64,000 nt of DNA from Pocillopora damicornis. Lineage: Eukaryota. The notes beneath the pieces were generated by a model. That model was not told the origin of the DNA and did not search any database. It was given only the letters and a program-made list of their open reading frames with translations. Position 1 is the stretch's first letter; the number at the start of each line of letters is the position of its first letter. Positions 61,323 through 64,000 of the stretch are shown here, piece after piece. The position numbers and the translations under genes are program-made. The stretch spans positions 1 through 64,000 of the forward strand of contig NW_020845425.1 in the NCBI RefSeq assembly GCF_003704095.1, read 5' to 3'.

Positions 61323-63963
61323 AATTCATTTGGTACCTATACCCAAAGTGGAACAACCAGCTTTATGGATACAAGCCCAATTCCAACACTTCTGTCCTTC
61401 CTAAAAACATCGTCGGAGAAGTCGTGGAGCAGAGAGACGAAGGGATTCATAGCATTTTCTTTGACACCGGTTCAAATAAAATCGTTCTTGGAACTCTTGC
61501 CGATACTCTTGGCAACATTACAACTTTTCCAGCCTTTACAATTTCTTTTCTATATAAAATCAATACTTTGCCGCTGCCAAATGCCGTTTCTGTCCGCCTT
61601 TTCGTTTCATCCCCCAGGAAAGAGGAGCGGAAAAACAGTAATCCAGTCGAGATTAGATTGATACAGACCGGGAGTAATATATCATTTTATGCCGCTGTTG
61701 GACATCACGATAAAAACACGAAAGGTGCACGTGTCGACGGTATAGCAAAGGTGACTCAATGGTTCCACATAAGCATTATGTATACTGGCTTGCACCAAAA
61801 TGAAACACTGGTTTATTTGAACGGCACAAGAATGGCTTCCGAAAACTACATTTCAACGATTTCTCCCGAACCGTCAAATCCCACCCCTTATGAGTATTCC
61901 CTTGGCTTTGATAAATCTCAGACAAAGTTTTCAATGAGCTGGTTCCAAGTCTTTAGAGGCGTACTAAACGAGACAGAGGCAATGGAACTCTCCGAGGCAA
62001 CCTTCAGCCAAGGTATTTTCCTCACTTCTTAATCCCTTCCCCCCCCTATTTTTCCACCATCACCATATGCGTAGTCTCTACTGAGGGGGGAGGGGCGAAG
62101 TCAAGAGGTCCCACCCTTAACCTTTTATCTCTGAGAGGGGCGCTAACGGAATTCCTGGGCTGCGGCGTGCCACCACGGCGTTCTAATTCTGACCTAGTCT
62201 AAAATCCGTTCGATTAACTCACAAATTTGGTCAAAAGGACCAAAATTTAATTTACCCTTCGCCTTTATACCAACCTCTTTGGGGTTCACAATCGCTCTCT
62301 TCACGTCCTTCATCACTCCTTCTCTCTTTCTTTTCCCTCAATAACAGCTGTGCGCACGTGCACTATGGTTTTCCCCGGAAGGTATTGTGGCCGAGTGGAA
62401 GGCGTGCTAAAAAACCGGGTTTAAAGGCCCTGGCGAACTCGAACCCCACCCCGGCCAGGTTATTGTGTCACGTTATCAGGCAAAATGCTCTGCCCTCACT
62501 ACCCTCACAGTGCCTCTCTCCCCCCTGGCCATGGGTGAGATCGAGGACCGGCGATCTCGATATCTCATTTCTGGTCACTCTGTTAATTCAATGAAAGCTC
62601 AAGGAATATGGGCTACTTGCTCAATTACAATCATTACCGTAATTGTTATCATCAAAGATAACATTTAAAATTTAGTTTGCTTGTCAACAAGACTCTAAGT
62701 CGGAGGTTTTCTCTTTCGATAGCTCTGAAAGCTGTTCAAGTTACGGCGAATTTTACTATCAGTGCTGTGACGATACAGGAAGATGATGGAAGTGTTAATC
62801 TTATGGCCATGAGAACCGGAAATGTGGAGCTTGCTTCAACAGTAAGGTCAGGGAAAGGCGATTAAAATGCGTAAAAAATAACATAAAAAAGTAATCCTCG
62901 TTGAGCGCCTAGACTTGATGTATTTCCTCTAACGAAATTTTAAGACCACTCTACCTTTTTAAAGATCCCACGATTGAGTAGTAACCAATCATGAGTAAAA
63001 TCTTGCTCATGTTGATATGTTAAGAACCCTTCGAAATCGAAAGCAGAAGTTTATCTCTCGGATAGAAAGAAGGGAAAACCAAAAGTAAGTCTACATTTGC
63101 CGACTAAATGACATGTGGCGCACGCCAAAACGTTAATGCAGCAAACTTGGTACATGTGATGCACTTCCCGCGATACCTGTGGTGAAAAAGAAGCTTCTGG
63201 ATTATGTTTCAAAATAAGCCTGTATAACCTTTTATCTCTGCACAATAATTACCACAATATGCATGCCATAAAATTATTGTGCTTAAATCTCAATGTTTTA
63301 AAATCACTATGTTCCTCTTTGGCTGCTCGCCTTGAACAGATTATGCTCCAATTTGGATGCCTTGAGAAAGGAGGCTAGCCAGATAAAATGGCATTGTTTA
63401 CATAGATGTTTCATTTTTTCAATAAGTGAACTCAACTGATAGAGCCTGGACATTAATCAATATGAAAAAATTAGGTATTCACTTCATTGTATGATTTATC
63501 ATTCAATGCTCCTTATGTTGAAGTCCTAAATGTAATAACTGTCCTAAATGTAATAAAGTCCTAAATGNNNNNNNNNNNNNNNNNNNNNNNNNNNNNNNNN
63601 NNNNNNNNNNNNNNNNNNNNNNNNNNNNNNNNNNNNNNNNNNNNNNNNNNNNNNNNNNNNNNNNNNNTAGGACTTCAACACCTTACCCATCAAAAAGATC
63701 GTCCATTTTAACTGCATCTCTGTGCTGTCATTGTAACAGGTTCAGTGCCACAAGTGACTCAGCCGTAATAGACAAAGACTTTTCCTTCCAATCCAAGGAG
63801 GTTACATTCAAACCAGGAGAGATTTATCACAGTATTAATATCCCTATCCTGAAAGATGACTGGACAGAAGACGATGAGAAATTTACTATATCCATGACCT
63901 CTGTGGATGGTGTGATATCCATTGTCACGCCTGGGAGAGTCACGATTACGATCGGCAGCAATG
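61323..63963 (+). CDS. Extracellular LamG/ConA-like plus Calx-beta protein, partial (possibly an adhesion GPCR)
   Basis: Exons 61323-62012 (FTISFLYK..QWFHISIMY..LVYLNG..VFRGVLNETE), 62723-62846 (VTIQEDDGSVNLMAMRTGN) and 63740-63963 (SAVIDKDF..VTFKPGE..INIPILKDD..EDDEKFTI) join in frame. The first exon was not identified and the gene continues beyond the window. Confidence 0.82.
62378..62556 (+). mobile_element. Degenerate SINE related to 54074-54320
   Basis: GTGGCCGAGTGG A-box-like head, ATTGTGT...GGCAA and CTCACAGTGCCTCTCTCC blocks. Confidence 0.5.
63516..63680. mobile_element. TGT...ACA DNA transposon with 5-bp TSD spanning a gap
   Basis: TIR TGTTGAAGTCCTA / TAGGACTTCAACA; CCTTA at 63511-63515 and 63681-63685; subterminal GTCCTAAATGTAATAA repeats. 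Confidence 0.85.
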
Positions 63964-64000
63964 GTAAGATTTGGGGAATGATGGTCTTCCTGAAGTTGGG

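Overview
AT-rich, intron-containing animal DNA, most likely a scleractinian coral (inferred from gene content and repeat style). It has four N gaps (14582-14591, 30138-30237, 44824-44923, 63568-63667). Genes in order: a decaying membrane-collagen/Ig gene (-), BMP5-8 (+), MED30 (+), two single-exon coiled-coil paralogs (-) ending in a GRIP-like domain and a CaaX box respectively, sepiapterin reductase (+, 3' end lost in a gap), a type II transmembrane furin-site collagen with periodic CX5C interruptions (-), kinesin-3 KIF13 with FHA and CAP-Gly domains (+, middle exons lost in a gap), and the 5' part of a LamG/Calx-beta gene (+). Repeats include a Penelope GIY-YIG fragment, two hammerhead-bearing foldback inserts, a tRNA-like insert, SINEs and many MITEs. 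Best candidates for something new: (1) a tRNA-like non-coding element with the same snap-back-plus-tail geometry as the Penelope/hammerhead elements, suggesting a Penelope-mobilised tRNA-based parasite; (2) the GRIP-versus-CaaX paralog pair; (3) a hammerhead masked inside an 89-bp perfect hairpin in a MED30 intron; (4) TTAA MITEs repeatedly sitting just after splice donors. All family assignments come from motif recognition by eye; no searches were run.
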